From Rhizophagus irregularis (Eukaryota): a stretch of 64,000 nucleotides of DNA. Shown here piece after piece: positions 62,970 through 64,000 of this stretch. A model generated the notes under the pieces. The model had not been told where the DNA came from. It searched no databases and saw only the letters and a list, made by a program, of their open reading frames with translations. The position numbers were made by a program, and so were the translations under genes. The DNA lies in assembly GCF_026210795.1 (NCBI RefSeq), contig NC_089433.1, positions 4,402,001 to 4,466,000 on the forward strand. The letters run 5' to 3'. Within the stretch, counting starts at the first letter, position 1; the number at the start of each line of letters is the position of its first letter.

Positions 62970-64000
62970 ACTAAAAAAATAATAATGATGATAACAATTA
63001 ATATACTAAATTATTTATTTAGTCATTTATCACAAAATAAAAATTGTTAAAACAAAGGCTTTTACCTGATTGTAAAAAAGTAAATAAATAATTGATTTTA
63101 AATATATGTATGATAAGAATAATAAAATTTCAACACTTTAATGGGAAAACTGAAAAAAGAATGGATGTTTCACAGGCACTCTATTAATAAAAAGAAAAAA
63201 GAATTATCAGTATGATTATTAAATATAAAATTTTGAGATGAAATGAAAATTGAATGAAATGCATGTATTGAATTGCAACGAATCTGATATGATAATTCTA
63301 TCTTTCTGATAAAATTAATGTTTTGAGAACATAGCGAATTGATATAAATTACTTGATATAAAAATTCATATATAACGAAAGGGAAAATCTTAAATGTAAG
63401 TATATTTAAACAAAAAGACTTGCATAAGGAAGGGATAAAATCAATTTCTAAAAAGTCATGTATGTCATGTATGTACATGATAAAGAAATTTATTTAAGAA
63501 GTGAAGAAATGAAATTTGTAGGTTGCGTTACAGAGGTTTGAATTCTATAGTAACTAGAAGAAAACCACGCGTTTTGTTTTATTGTTTTGATTATTTTGGT
63601 TAGCTGACTGAACTAAAAGGAAATAATTTACCTGCAGATTTTGCTAATATCAAAGAATTGTCCCTATTAACAGTGATAAATGAAGACAAAAATTTCATAG
63701 TAGGTTAACAAGGATATTGCAGTAATCATTACTAAATATGCGCAAAAAACATTTCTAGAAGATATTTTTGTAAAATTAATAAGGTTACAAAAATATCAGG
63801 TTACAAAAATATCATTTCATGGAAGCGTTCAAAAAATTTATATAGTTCCTTCAAATTAAGCGTTACCTAATCGTTGTTATAAGAAAGCCTAGTCGTTGTT
63901 ATAAGAAGCTATGTTATAAAAAATTTAATAAATTTATAAAAAAGGGGGAGACGTTAATTATATATTGATCTGATCATATATTGTCATTATATATTTCAGC

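Noticed and set aside
63170..63478. 102-aa ORF upstream of the phosphatase
   Set aside because: AT-rich, with no motif; probably promoter/5' UTR sequence.

Overview
AT-rich, repeat-dense eukaryotic genomic DNA. Short GT-AG introns with CTAAC branch points, the TE families present and heavy CpG decay suggest a fungus, probably Glomeromycota/Rhizophagus-like (inference). Nearly the whole window is nested mobile elements. (1) 1-~22.9 kb is a decayed Polinton/Maverick-like element with a protein-primed-type PolB and an rve integrase. It also carries an RT-less Gag-zinc knuckle-aspartic protease gene, an asfarvirus B263R-like TBP gene and two F-box genes, and three of its genes share a 24-bp upstream motif. 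A full Ty3/Gypsy element (1776-11319) and a solo LTR interrupt it. (2) Arrays of tiny exons are separated by near-identical hairpin-structured introns (23.4-26.3 kb minus, 27.4-30.5 kb plus, degenerate at 58-61.7 kb). (3) A LINE is broken by a CACTA-like insertion and a second full Ty3/Gypsy element (33605-44866), whose RT-RNase H is fused to a thymidylate/dNMP-kinase-like domain and whose integrase is a separate cistron. (4) There is a decayed CACTA/EnSpm transposon (49226-57175), plus MITEs and solo LTRs. The only clear host gene is a 5-exon dual-specificity phosphatase (61830-62969, minus). All family calls come from manual motif reading; no database search was run.
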